Source: Gekko japonicus
Lineage: Eukaryota
Direction of reading: 5' to 3'
Length of the DNA: 64,000 bases
NCBI RefSeq assembly: GCF_001447785.1
Contig: NW_015165268.1
Location: 532,688-596,687 of the forward strand
Shown: piece after piece, positions 1-11,994 of the stretch
Layout: each line of letters begins with the position of its first letter
Position numbering within the stretch: position 1 is the stretch's first letter
The notes under the pieces: model-generated
The model's database searches: none
What the model saw: only the letters and a program-made list of their open reading frames with translations
What the model was told of the DNA's origin: nothing
Program-made: the position numbers and the translations under genes

Positions 1-454
1 CAGCCATGTAACACTCAGAGCAGATCCAAGTGGCAGAGCCTTTTGAAAAGGTGAGTCCCCCATGCACATATGGCTGTGAGTCATGCCATGGGACCCTCAA
101 TATGACTCACGTCAGTTGTGTCATTTATGTAAGCACTTGGCGTGTGCTAAATGTTTTATCAAATGATAGTCAACATGTTCCATAAATAGGGAGGATGCTT
201 CTCAAAACGTAAACAATGCATTTCTTGTTCCCAGCACTGTCTTGCTTTTAGACTCAGCCAAATTGAGTATTCTTTGGAAATTCATGTAGTACCTCAAATA
301 TTAGCAGTACTTCCACACTCACTTCATTGGAAGGAGAAGCTCTGTATACAGAGCTCTATGCATGTGGAGCTTCCCCTCCACTAAAGAGACTTGCAGGGGG
401 ATCTTAAGTGGAGTTATACCTTTCAAAGCATACTGACTTCAGTGGACATGGGTG

Positions 455-612
455 TGCCAAGTGCCATCAAGTCACAGCTGACTTACAGTGATCCCAGCAA
501 GGGGTTTTCGAGGTAAGTGAGAAACAGAGGTGGTTTGGCATTGTTTGGTGGTTTCCCTTCTAAGTACCGATCCTGCTTAGCTTCCAAGAGAGGGCTATAA
601 CATGCTGCCTTC
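455..612 (-). mobile_element. 5S rRNA-derived SINE (SINE3-type) with RTE-like tail, degenerate
   Basis: Minus strand reads gaaggcagcatgttatagccc...ggaagctaagcaggatcggtacttagaagggaaaccacc, matching 5S box A/box C. It is followed by an aaaccacctctg...gaaaacccc...gtaagtcagctgtgacttgatggcac RTE-like 3' end. Confidence 0.7.
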
Positions 613-1687
613 GGCTCCTTCAGTGGATTTAGAAGGGTGCAATTCTGTTTAAGATTGGACTTTTGGGAAGCCTTGCTGAGCATGAGAGCTCCATGCACAC
701 ACTGAAGCTCCTGCATTTATGAGGATTTAATACAATGATGCTGTTACGGACCCCTCTTTTTAGATTACTATAGTGTTCTCAGTTATATCCCACCTATTTC
801 ATTCTTTGCTGGGTTTTGTAAGGTTTAGGATGGTGTCCTGCTTTTCTGACTGCTGTTCTTAAGCTTCTTTTTAGAACTCTTCTCTCTTTTGAATAATTTA
901 GCAGCTCATTTTTACCTGCTTATTTTTTTATGTTGCTATTTGTGTATTTTTTAGATGTGTTCTTTTTATTGTTTTAATTTTACACATGTAAGCCCCCTTG
1001 AGACTACCATCAGAAAGAGAGTGCTGGGTATCAATTCAGTCTCTGAAGGGGTGGCACATAAATGTTTTAATGAAATAAGTAAAGTTAATATAAATACAAA
1101 GCTTTAAAATAAATAAATAAAAATGGTTCTTATTTCTCAACAGAAGTAAACTGGGAGCGTTGAACATGTTTTTGGTTCTGACTAAATTTCTTTTCTTTTT
1201 TTAAAGTATGATATACTTAACATTAGTACATTCTAAAACAAACCAACTAACACAACAGGGACTGAGGTTAAATTGTGCAGTCTGCTGCATTTAACAAGGT
1301 ATGTGCACGTATCTGTGACTTTCCACTCCCAAAGCAAGAAGTTTATGTTTGCTTTCATGGAGAAGTGTCACAAATAGCATCATAGTTCTGATTATTATAG
1401 TTGCATCTCTGGAAAAAGCAAGGGCATAATTATGCAAGCTGTTGTGCAGTTAAGTACCACAATTATGCTTTGATCAGTGCTTTAAAAGGGTAGATGATGC
1501 ACGATTAAGTCAATTCTATATGTGAACAACAGCAATGATTTATGCCTGCATTGTAGTTTGTGCTGTTAAAAAGCAGCTTTGGGAGGGACAATTCATTCTT
1601 ACACTAACACAGTGGATAGCAGTGCAATCCTAAGCAGTTACACACTTCTCAGCTTAATGCTTTCAATATTTTGAAGCTGTTTATACC

Positions 1688-1762
1688 AGGGGTATCAAAC
1701 ACACAGTGCACAGGCCAGAAACAGCCCCTGCAGGGCTTGTATCCAGCCTGTGAGCAACTGGA
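1688..1762. mobile_element. End of a non-autonomous hAT-type DNA transposon
   Basis: Starts caggggtatcaaac, the same terminal repeat as the element ending gtttgacacccctg at 4663. Confidence 0.55.
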
Positions 1763-2021
1763 TCTCTCCTGTTTCCTTCTCCAGGGCTGCTGCCACCACC
1801 ACCACCACATCACAACTCACTTTTGCTCAGCTTCCTCAATCACTCTCTGCTGCTTCCTTATCCAGGTCTGCTGCTGTGTCACAGCTTGCTTTCACCCAGC
1901 TCCCTCAGTCACACAGGGGAGATACAGCCTCCCTTCCCTCTGTTGGCTGAGGTCTCTCCCCTCCTCCTTTGGGGAGAAAGGGAGGGGGAGGGAAGGAGAG
2001 AGCACGTGCACAAGAGAGGAC

Positions 2022-2089
2022 AAAGTCAGAGTCCCTGGCACCTTTAAGACCAACAAAGTTTTATTTCAGGTAAAAAAAATTGTGTGCAT
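2022..2089 (-). mobile_element. Penelope-like element terminus, cut by the assembly gap
   Basis: tggcacctttaagaccaacaaagttttatt matches the Penelope end at about 53017-53046. Confidence 0.6.
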
Positions 2090-2246
2090 NNNNNNNNNNN
2101 NNNNNNNNNNNNNNNNNNNNNNNNNNNNNNNNNNNNNNNNNNNNNNNNNNNNNNNNNNNNNNNNNNNNNNNNNNNNNNNNNNNNNNNNNNNNNNNNNNNN
2201 NNNNNNNNNNNNNNNNNNNNNNNNNNNNNNNNNNNNNNNNNNNNNN
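2090..2246. other. Assembly gap (157 N)
   Basis: Run of n. Confidence 1.
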
Positions 2247-3104
2247 CCCCCACACACGTATACATGTGTTAAAAGAAAGGGGCACAGCAAAGAGATATGT
2301 TGGGATAAGGGGAAAGGAGAATTAAAAGGAAATTATTTTGGCTTATTCTAAAAAGTTTTTTTTTCAGACTAGATTCCTCTGTGCCTATCTGGGATTTTAT
2401 TTTCTTTCAAAAAGAACCTGATTAGAAATTAGAACACTAGGATTGAATTCCATTGTTTAATGACTGGAAGTATATGGCTAAGTATTTAAAATACATTTAT
2501 GTTTCCATATGTTCCAGCTCAGCATGGCTCTCTCCCCTCCCACCTCACTGGCTGCCTTTCTTCACATTACTTTGCTTTTTTAACTATTTCATTATCATCA
2601 CTAGCACAGAGTGCCCTTCCTCCATTCCTCCTCACAAGAAGGCAAAGGTGGCCCCCAGGAGGCATGCCATTGGCTGCCTCCTGTGGGGCCGGAATAGCTA
2701 TAAAATCCAGCAAATCAATACAGAAGATGCAAAGCTGAGGAGAAATTAATTGTCCTTTACAGCAAAGTCATGGTGTTTGCCTGTAGGTAAAAAGCAGCTT
2801 TCAATTAAGTTGTTAGCATTTCATCACTTTAATAATAGAATTCAACTGTTTGCTTGATATTTGGAGGCTGGTTTTACTTGTGTGAGGAAATGCAAGAAAA
2901 TAGTTTAATGTCTTTTAAGACATCATTCACAAACAATTTTAACCAGCATGCAACTATTTCACTGATAGTGAGGAATGTTGCCTTAAGCACCCAAGAAAAA
3001 TACAACTGAGCATATGAAAGGCCAAGGATAGATCATTTTTATAGAAATCGGAGCTCAAGGTTACTTCATACAGATGAGGAAGATCTATTGTAATTACTGT
3101 CCCT

Positions 3105-3443
3105 GTTAGGAGAGGGGATGCTGGGTTCTCTCCTGGATCTTTTGTCATGAGTGCTTTGTGCATGCAGCATGATACCATCTCCCAGAAGTGATGTCATTAT
3201 GTTGCTGACATTGGAGGTGATGCTCTAGTTTTTGGGCAAAAGTCTATGGTTTTTTGCTGATTTTACCATCGAGTTTTGCCCCAAAACTAAACCATCACTC
3301 ACTTCTGGGTGATGTCATCACATTGCCTTTTGGGCCAGTTGGGTGTGGGACTTTTCCCCCACCAGCCAGCTGGCTAGTGGCAGGGAAGTGCCCCACAAAA
3401 GCAGGGGTTCCCCCACCCCTGGTGGGGGGTCTGGCAACCCTAG
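3105..3443. mobile_element. Non-autonomous DNA transposon, 'tagggttgcc/ggcaacccta' family
   Basis: Ends ctggcaacccta. Internal palindromic ccagaagtgatgtca...cacttctgggtgatgtca. Confidence 0.6.
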
Positions 3444-4219
3444 TCCCTGTCTACCAGATTTTGAGGAAACAACAATATTCTCAGACAATTGAGGAGGCTG
3501 GTGGACCCTGAAGAAGGGAGAAAGAATTAAGCCATAAAGAACATGCAGAGTAAAACTCTACTTATTTCAAGGCTTACTGAAATGGAGTCATAAGGAGGTT
3601 GTATCTAACTTTAAGAGCAGGACACAATTCCACTACAAGAAACCATCTGTCTACTGTACTAAGTAGGAAACCACCTTATTAACCCTTTCTCCATCTCCTT
3701 AACCCTCCCCAGAAAATGTGTTTAGTTATAGAATGTATTCTGCTGCATGAGATATCCATTAGCTAATCCTAGAGCTTCTTTAATTTCTCACAGCATGGCA
3801 GAAACCCCAAGAGCCTGGCCTACCATCACCCCATCTACCTTATAGTCACTTAACTGAAGAACCAGATTGGGGAGTCTTCTCATGGGCTTAGTCAGTATAA
3901 ATACTAGGATGAACAGGGTGTGTATGTGTTTGGAGAAGGGTGTAATGCAGTAACAAACATGGGTCTTCTCCACAAGGATTGAAACTCACTTTTTAAAAAA
4001 GTGCATGTTTGTGTTTTTGAACTCAACTCAATACAGAAAATTACTTTTTAATTTCTTCCAGGTTTTGTTGGTGAAGTGGACAGATTCAAGGGTCACAAAG
4101 GCTAATTTCAGACATACCATGCATAAGTGAATAGCATGGACTATTGTTTTTTTTTCACAGATGAGAGAGTACACACATGCTCTGTAAGAGAGACATTTCA
4201 TCTAGTTTATTTTGTAAAC

Positions 4220-4663
4220 TAGAGGTCTTGAACTTATTTGTTACGAGGGCCGGACCTGACATAAATGTCACTTGGTCAGGACATGTGTGCCATAAAATGT
4301 AATGCCATAAAATGTGTCCCATAAAATGTAATATAAACTGACTGTACAAAGGACAGCAGCTGGTAAGCTCCGAGTTGTTATATCCTCACTGCAAAGCCCC
4401 ATAGGCTGGGGGAGGTGCAGAGAAAAACCCATATGTGCAGACTGGAAAGCCAGCAGTGCAGCACTGGGCAAACACACCCACACTGCTTGACTGCTGCAGA
4501 TGAGATTGTTCCGCTGTGCTGAAGCCATAATCAGAGAAGCTCTGTCCACTCCACCACCCCCAAACAGTCTCCTGTTCCCTCCCTTGCACTAGTTGCTTGC
4601 GGGCCACATAACAGCCCTGGATGGGCTGGTTCCGGACCCCGGGCCTTATGTTTGACACCCCTG
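4220..4663. mobile_element. hAT (Charlie-like) MITE
   Basis: Degenerate terminal inverted repeats (TIRs) tagaggtcttgaac / gtttgacacccctg. 8-bp TSD ttgtaaac (4212-4219) / ttgcaaac (4664-4671). Confidence 0.8.
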
Positions 4664-5589
4664 TTGCAAACCTCCTAGTGGTAAGATGGCTGAAGAGAAA
4701 AGTACCACATTCTGTCATTTGATATGCCATTACAAACTAAGCCTTGCGAAACCGGTCACAATAGTTATTGTTATATGGAACATAGTTTGGTACTTTGGGC
4801 ACATGAATCTTAGAGATATACATAACCAAAATATCTGAGCCAAAAATATACCTGAAAAACCTTTTTGGATTGGTTTGTACATTTACTGAGAGAAAAATGG
4901 AATTATGCAACTTTCCTGGAATTGCAAAAAAATGCCTCAAATAAGTTGGGTGAAATAAGGAATCTTCCCAGGTGTCAGGAGAAGTTCAGAAATCCATAAA
5001 ACTGGAACTGTTTGTTGAATTTCCTTCAAACTTTATGAGTATTTAGGGGAAATGAGGGGCATTGGTTTTGTGAAAATTTGGTACTATTTGCTCTAAAAGT
5101 ACCCATTCCAGACCCCATAACTCTGGAAATTTAAGAGCAACCTGAAAATAAACCTCAAGTAGCATAAGGATACCTTTAAAATTCTGGGTTACACTATTGA
5201 TGAACTCCCCCCCAAAAAAAGTTCTGAATTTGAATTTAACTGATTTTTTCAAAAAGAAATGCAAACTCCTAATGAATCTTCCACAAACAACATATAAGGG
5301 GTGTTGGAAGCAAAGCATCCATAACTTTTATAGTTAAATAAATATTGTGAAGGCTAAATCTATCTCCTGTGCATGGGAATTAGATTTCCATCCCATTGGC
5401 TTTGTTTTTAGATCCTTATGAAATCTGCTGAAGAGTTTTCTGTGTTTTCTAAGCCTAAACTTTGTCCTTTCCACTTTCTCCCCCCCCCCCTTTGTAAAAC
5501 AATCCTCTCAAGAGGTGCTGAGATGCTCAGAAGAAAGGTGAGTGTATAAATATTTTAAATAAATAAATTAGAGTCAGGTTGATTTGGAG

Positions 5590-5960
5590 AATTAAAATTA
5601 ATCTTCTTTTAGACACACCATCAGAAGAAGACTTAATTTATAAAGTACTGGAGATAGCAGAAATGGACAACCTAATTATATTACTTCAAGGAAGAAACGA
5701 GAATATCTTTAAACATATTTGGTCAAGATTTTACAACTGGATAGAGAACGTAGTTAATCATGACCTGTGAATCATAAACTATAAATGATAAAATAGTTCT
5801 AATTCCATATATATTATTTGCGGCTAATATTGGAGAAGATATTTGTCCAAGCGGCAACATTGTGGGATGGAATTCTGTTTATGTTTGTACATATGTTTAT
5901 GTTTGTTTAGGTATTTTGTTGTGTTATTATTTGTTTGAAATTTAAAATGATCATAATAAT
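5590..5960 (+). mobile_element. L1 ORF2 extreme 3' fragment plus AT-rich 3'UTR
   Basis: KVLEIAEMDNL...FKHIWSRFYNWIE is homologous to KILEIAEMDKL...FENTWSRFYKWFE at 54575-54856. Confidence 0.8.
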
Positions 5961-7054
5961 AAGATCTAAATCAGCAAGGAGAACAAAAAAAAATCCTCTT
6001 TTGGTTTTGTCTCAATGCAGAAAAAGAAATGTTACAGTACCAGGCTATCCTATATATTATTGATATTAGGTTTTTACATTTTATAGCTCTGTACCACACA
6101 CACATGGAGACATACACAAATATTACTTAGCTTGCTCATTTCAGTGAAAAGGGATACTGCTTGCTAATGGAAAGGGGTGAACTTTTGTAACCCTCTGACA
6201 AGAACAACAAGTTAGAAAATACAAATGTTATCTGAACCATCTGAAACTGCAGAAACTTCTTCTGTTTGATTGGCTAATGTGCATTTGCCTTAAAAATTAT
6301 CTACAAGGAAACTGTGTAGTAGTTGAGCTCCTGACACAAGGATGGTGGTCACTTGCCGGAATTAAACTAATACCATTCCTTTACACATTTATAGTGCCTT
6401 ATCATGCTCAGCCATCACAAAGTACTTTTCAATATACCATTAAAGCTGTAGGTTAATCCATTTTGCAGAGTGCTTGTATAGTTCAGATCTGATAAAATCT
6501 CCTGGACTAAAGTCATCCTTAAAATAACCTACCTGAATGAATCCAGTTACAGAAAGGATGAACTTGGTCAGCTCCTTATGCCGTGTCCTAAAACAATATT
6601 TTTTTAAAGGAATGAATATGTGGTGAGAAATAATGGTTTGGCTTTGACAACTTGTCTGTTTGCAGTTATTTTCACCACATGGCTTGCAGTCAGGATTAGC
6701 TATTTCTTCAAGACATCTGTTACTACATCAATTTTAACTTAGTGCAAAATCACTGAAATCAAACGTTCACAGGTTTGTGTGTGAGATGATAAAAATGAAT
6801 ATATTTTGCTATCAGCAAAAAGAAAAACTTGATCCAAGTAGCTTTATCTTAAGATTGAGAATCATCCCTTCCAACAAAGGAATATAATTATAGCTCCATG
6901 CTTATTAGGATATTTGGCATCAATAACTGCATTAACCACACTACAGATAAAATGTTGGGATGCCATTTCAAGGATTTATTTTTATATTACACCTGGTGTA
7001 TGGTTCTGCAAAATACAAATCAAACTAAATAAAAATTTGCACTGTTCTAAGATA

Positions 7055-7630
7055 CATGAACAAATATGAAGCTGCCTGTCAGGTTCCACAGCCAACAACT
7101 GTGTAAACGCTTATTGGAAGAGTTATAGATGCATTAACAAAGGCACTGTTAAGAATGGCGTTGCCCCTACAAGCATAATGGGATATAGGGTATTCGTATG
7201 CACCCCCCCTTCCTTAGGCCAATTAGCCACATTCCTGCGTGCAGGAGGAGCCCCAGGACGTTAGAGCCGAAGCTGAGAACCGAAAGCGCTCCCACGGTTC
7301 CCTAGAATCCCAGACACTACATACCACCGACAAGGCCATAGATAAGCAAGCATTATAGAAGCCAAAAAGGAACGCAGCAGTCCTGGCAAGCTAGCACCCC
7401 ACCCCCAACCCTTATGGCAGCATAGCTGACACTGCCTTATACTGAACCTACCCTTGGTCCATCAAAATCAGTATTGTCTACTCAGACTAGTAGCAGCTCT
7501 CCAGGGTCAAAGGCAGAGGTCTTTCACATTACCTACTGCCTGGTGCTTTTAACTGGAGATGCCAAGGATTGAACCTGGGACCTTTTGCATGCCAAGCAGC
7601 TGCTCTACACTGAGCCACAGCCCCTCCCCA
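7055..7630 (-). mobile_element. tRNA-derived SINE interrupted by a solo LTR
   Basis: Minus-strand head ggggaggggctgtggctcagtgtagagcagctgcttggcatgcaaaaggtcccaggttcaatcc has A and B boxes. The tail resumes across the insert (gaagctgcc|ttatactgaa). A related copy lies at about 60820-61162. Confidence 0.75.
7077..7431. mobile_element. Solo LTR (355 bp)
   Basis: Termini TGTCAG...CTGACA. Perfect 5-bp TSD ctgcc at 7072-7076 and 7432-7436. Confidence 0.9.
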
Positions 7631-7744
7631 AAATCAATAACTTTTTTGGCCATCAGAACCCTAACCATTTATTCTTACTGTCTTAAGCTCCTACACAGAA
7701 AAGCAACAGGTAGCATACCTTCATTTCTAAAGTAATTCTGACTG

Positions 7745-8452
7745 ATTTAATTTATTTAAAATATTTGTATGGCTCCGTTCTACCCAATCAGGGACCACGA
7801 GAGAGTGAACATAAAAATAAATCAATAAAACATTTAAAGGATTAAAATACAGTTTACAATGATAAAATGATTAATTTAAAAACACATAAGCGAACAACAT
7901 TAAAAGGAGGGCCAATAATCATTATTGGAGGTATGCCAGATGAAACAAAAAAGTCTTCACCTGCTAGTGGAAGACACTGATAAAGGGAGGCAGACAAATC
8001 TCCCTTGGGAGGGAATACCAAAGTTTTGGTGCCATGACGGAGAAGGCTCCTTCTTGGTTTGCAATCTGTCTCGCCTCAGACAGCAAGACCAACCGAAGTA
8101 ACACGTCCAAGGAGCGAGTGGGTAGGTTTGTCTGGGAGAAGGCAGTCCTTAAAGTATGTAGGTCCCAGGCTGTATAGGGTTTTAAAAGTCAATACCAATG
8201 CCTTGAATTGAAACCAGATGTAAATTGGAAGGTAGTGAAGATGGAACAAAACTGGAGTGCTATTGTCCCTGCGACCCACTCCAGTCAACATTCTGGCTGC
8301 AGCATTCTGTACCAACCCTAGCTTCCAGACAGTCTTCAAGGGTAGTCCCACATAGAAGACATTGCAGTAATATAATCTAGATGCACCACCGTGGCAAGGT
8401 CTTTTCTGCCCAGGAAGGGCTGCATCTGGTTCACCAGCTGAAGTTGCTGAAA
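7745..8452 (-). mobile_element. L2 LINE 3' fragment
   Basis: GLPLKTVWKLGLVQNAAARMLTG...TPVLFHLHYLPI...FKALVLTFK is the L2 ORF2 C-terminal signature. Confidence 0.9.
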
Positions 8453-8622
8453 GGCAACAGGAGGCCCAAGTCCAGGTAGAACATACTTATATTTAAGTAG
8501 ATTTAGAAGGATGGTTTAAAGTAAGCTATTTTCCTCAGATGGCTGTTAAAAATGTTGTAATATGTTCTCTCAAGACAGAATTACCAAATATATTGAGCCA
8601 CTTACATCTTTGTGGTATGTGC

Positions 8623-8819
8623 CAGGGGTCATTTGGGGGGGGGACGCGGGGGGACGCCATCCCCCCGGGTGAGGTGCGGGAGGGCGGGGCCTGGAGCTCC
8701 CTGCTGGTGCCCGCTGGAGGTCGCCGCCGGCTGTGGGGAGGACACACTTCCGGTGATGTCAGGGGGTGTGGCATATGCTAATGAGTCCCCCTAGCTCTTT
8801 TTCTACGAAATGACCCCTG
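8623..8819. mobile_element. Young GC-rich hAT MITE (197 bp)
   Basis: Perfect TIR caggggtcattt / aaatgacccctg. Perfect 8-bp TSD gtatgtgc (8615-8622, 8820-8827). CpGs retained. Confidence 0.92.
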
Positions 8820-9190
8820 GTATGTGCACTTTTTACAGCTATGCTAGAATCTTCTCTAGTAAACATGCATGTGAAAAGACACATGTCACCAAATGTTTAG
8901 GGATGTATTGTGGAGAAACATGGAGATGGCTAAGGCACTTTGTCATGTTTACATTTACTTTGCACACTTCACAAACTTTACAGATAGAGGCCAGTATTAA
9001 TTCCCATACTGCAGATGAAGGAAAGGGAGCTGAAGCTAAGTTATAATTTGGTTGCTTAAGATAACCTATTGAGTGCTATTTTGGACTCTGCTGTTTAATT
9101 CCCATCCTTATTTTGTTCTTTCTATAGGGACTATAATCTTGGTGGTTAAAAACCTTTGGGTAGCACATACTGGTCTGAATAAGGAAACAT

Positions 9191-9964
9191 TAGGGATGTC
9201 CATTTGGATATTTGGGATGTGTCAGGATACTAGTTCAAGGGTCCTGAAAAATTCCATAAGTGAAAATATGGGAATATTCGAGGACAGCCTTTTTAAGGCT
9301 CACAGGATTATTTCCTTTCAATTTTACAGTGTGCCAGTGTCTTCTGGGCAGCTTTTGGCACTGACTTGTCTGGTTGATTTGGCCTGGATTCTGTTTAAGT
9401 TCCTTGTTTAAGTTGATTTGGCTTGAATTCTCTGATTTGATAGCTATTGTGTTGGACTTGCCACATTGGCCTGTGGTTCTGCTGGGCTTCTCTGGATTGA
9501 TGTTGGTTCTGTTGGGCTTGTTGATTCTGTTTGCAGTTGGAGGCTGTTGGCCAGTGGTTGGTATTGTGTATTTGGCTATTGGCTCCTTTGACTCAGAGAA
9601 AGCATGAATCTTTCCCCATAGAAAACAATGGAAACAAGTAGGATGGCTGGGGGCAACTTGTTCAAGGGCCTGTAAAATTGGACCTTATGGTCCAGTTTGC
9701 TTAAAATTTGAGGCTTGTTTAGTAGACCTGCAGGACTAGGTTCCCTGCAATTATGGTACCATTTGCTTGATAAACAGCCACTCCAGCTTCCCAGAAATGG
9801 TCTCTCATAGCGAATAATGGATCTGAAACATTTTGGAATACTGAACAAAAAAATTCCAAGTACTGAAATGATATGGGGGACCCGAATAACCTGGAATACC
9901 AGTATTTATTCCCTTCCCAAAATCCAAGACCACAAAATAATATTTTTACAGATGCATATCCCTA
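9191..9964. mobile_element. Non-autonomous hAT-like element ('tagggatg...atcccta' family)
   Basis: Termini tagggatg / catatcccta. Internal T/G-rich tract and 'ccatagaaaacaatgga' motif shared with 21690-22649. Confidence 0.7.
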
Positions 9965-10589
9965 TCAAGCATTTGATTGCTATCAAGTAAAATCATATGT
10001 CAATGTGTTCACAATCTACTGATTAAATGTTCATAATAATATTAACTATGTTTATGGTTATGTGGCTGTCCTATTTCATTTCAAATATTTTGGGGTATCT
10101 GATGAAAACTCATGATAGGAATAAGATTTAATTCTTAAAACTCCAAAGACTGATTACTGCAATTTTCTTATACCTCCATGGAATGCAACATTTTTATTAA
10201 TGATCCGGAAGGAGAGATAAACAGTGCATTAATTACATTTACAGATTATACTAAATTAAGAAGTGCTTGATTCACTGGTGAAAAATGAGGAATAGAAAGG
10301 GAAGGTGAGAAATAACATATGAGCAGGAAATAGCAAAATGGACTTCAGCCTGGAAAATTACAAAGCTTTGCCTCAGGGGAATAGTAATCCAAAATGCAGC
10401 TATATTCAATAGGTGTGAGTTTCTCAGACTGTAGAAACATAGGAGATGAAATGCATGACAAATGATGTTTTGCAACCCAAAAGCTGTGGATGTATGTGTG
10501 TCTATTGCAACTTAGCATGATTATATTAAAATAATCAGGGATTTTTAAATATGTCCCATACACACATGGTTTGACAAGCTGATAGCCCT

Positions 10590-10750
10590 TCTCCACATGG
10601 CAATATGAGATTGTGCACCTTGAATACTCAAGCAGCTCTGGGCACCTCATTATCAGGAGGACATCAAAAGCTGGAAGGGATTCAAAGAAGGCCAATATAA
10701 GTGATTAAGCAGCTGGAAGAAATGATTTATGAGGGAGATTAAAAGGACAT
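10590..10750 (+). mobile_element. Old CR1 fragment
   Basis: cttgaatactcaagcagctctgggcacctcattatcaggaggacatcaaaagctggaagggattcaaagaagg resembles the CR1 'LEY..QFW.PH...DI..LE.VQRRA' region. Confidence 0.6.
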
Positions 10751-11697
10751 AAATGTACCAGATATACCATATAGCAAAATTATGACTGAAGCTGTGATCT
10801 GTAATGCATGTACTCCTGAGAGAACCCTATAAGATTATGTATTCCAGTTTATAAAGTAAAAGACTTCTCCTCAAGAGCAGTTTCTTTTTATTGGCTTATA
10901 GGTCATTGAGATCAGCCTGATTTTCCCAGGTAATCAGCCCAAATGAGTGATTTGATTTCACACATTCCTTACATGATGAATGCAATTTTAAGTGATGACT
11001 CTGAAACACTCATCACACATCAGACAACACAGATATTCATATCACCCCCGAAGACTGTAAAGCCATGGTTGTCACTGGAAGTAATTTGTACCTATAGCCA
11101 TAAGTCATCCCATGAGAGACATAGCACGGGTTGGGTCTTGTGATGAACATGTGTGAACCAGTATGTGATACATATGGACAGCATGTGTAAGGTCAGTATG
11201 GTGCAGTGGTTTGTGTGTTGAAGACCCAGTTTTGAATCCCTACTCTGCCATGGAAGTTCACTGGATGATCTTCAGCCAGTCATAAATAATAAAACAAAAC
11301 AAAATAATAAAACAAAACAAAAAATAAACTGTCAAACTAATATACATTGTTATGAGGGAAAAAATAGAAAAGGAGCGAAAGATTTTGTAAGCCTCTTTAA
11401 GTCCACATTAAGTCCACATTAAGGAGAAAAGAAGAGTGTAAAGAAGGATTTGTAAAGAAGGATATTTTTTAAAAAATAATGGTCTCATATTTGGACAATC
11501 AAACAACAGGTTCATAGGGAGGATGTATATGTTGGATTATACTAACACAAAAATATTTGGAGGGAATCAGAATAAATCCAACACAATAGGAACTGATCTC
11601 AGAAGAGGAAAGAACTCAAAAATGAAAGAGTTGCTGCAAGAGTTGTCTGCAAGATCTAGCAAGGCTGTCAACAATAGGACATTTTGGAGGTCATTAA

Positions 11698-11994
11698 TAG
11701 GGATGGGAACAAACTGCAAAAATGTGGTTCAGTTCGTGGTTCATGGCTGAGCCACAACTCATGAACTGATACACTGGTTCACAAACTAAACTGGTTTTTA
11801 TCAGTCTGTGAGTAATTTAAAGTTTAAACCCCTGCTTTCTACTCCTGGCAGCTTTTTGCAGGGAGCAGAAAGCATGGGTTCCCAAACAGATGAGCGGTGG
11901 GATCACTGCTCAGCTGTTTTGTTTAAATGCCTCTGAGACATTTAAACCCTACTTTCTGCTCCCCGTGGCTGTTTTTCATGAAGAGCAGAAAGCA
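11698..11994. mobile_element. Left part of a hAT-like non-autonomous element (tagggatgggaac...), target of the ORF1-only insertion
   Basis: Same terminus as 57936-58755, with internal ctttctgctcc...gagcagaaag palindromes. Breaks off at 11994. Confidence 0.65.

Noticed and set aside
1671-2351. 226-aa ORF and neighbouring ORFs
   Set aside because: Open only because they cross the N gap and low-complexity transposon sequence.
4061-4125. Coding exon VLLVKWTDSRVTKANFRHTMH
   Set aside because: Good acceptor but weak donor (AA|gtgaat), and the peptide is not recognised.
7560-7630. tRNA gene
   Set aside because: Degenerate tRNA-like head attached to a SINE body, with no intact cloverleaf or terminator.
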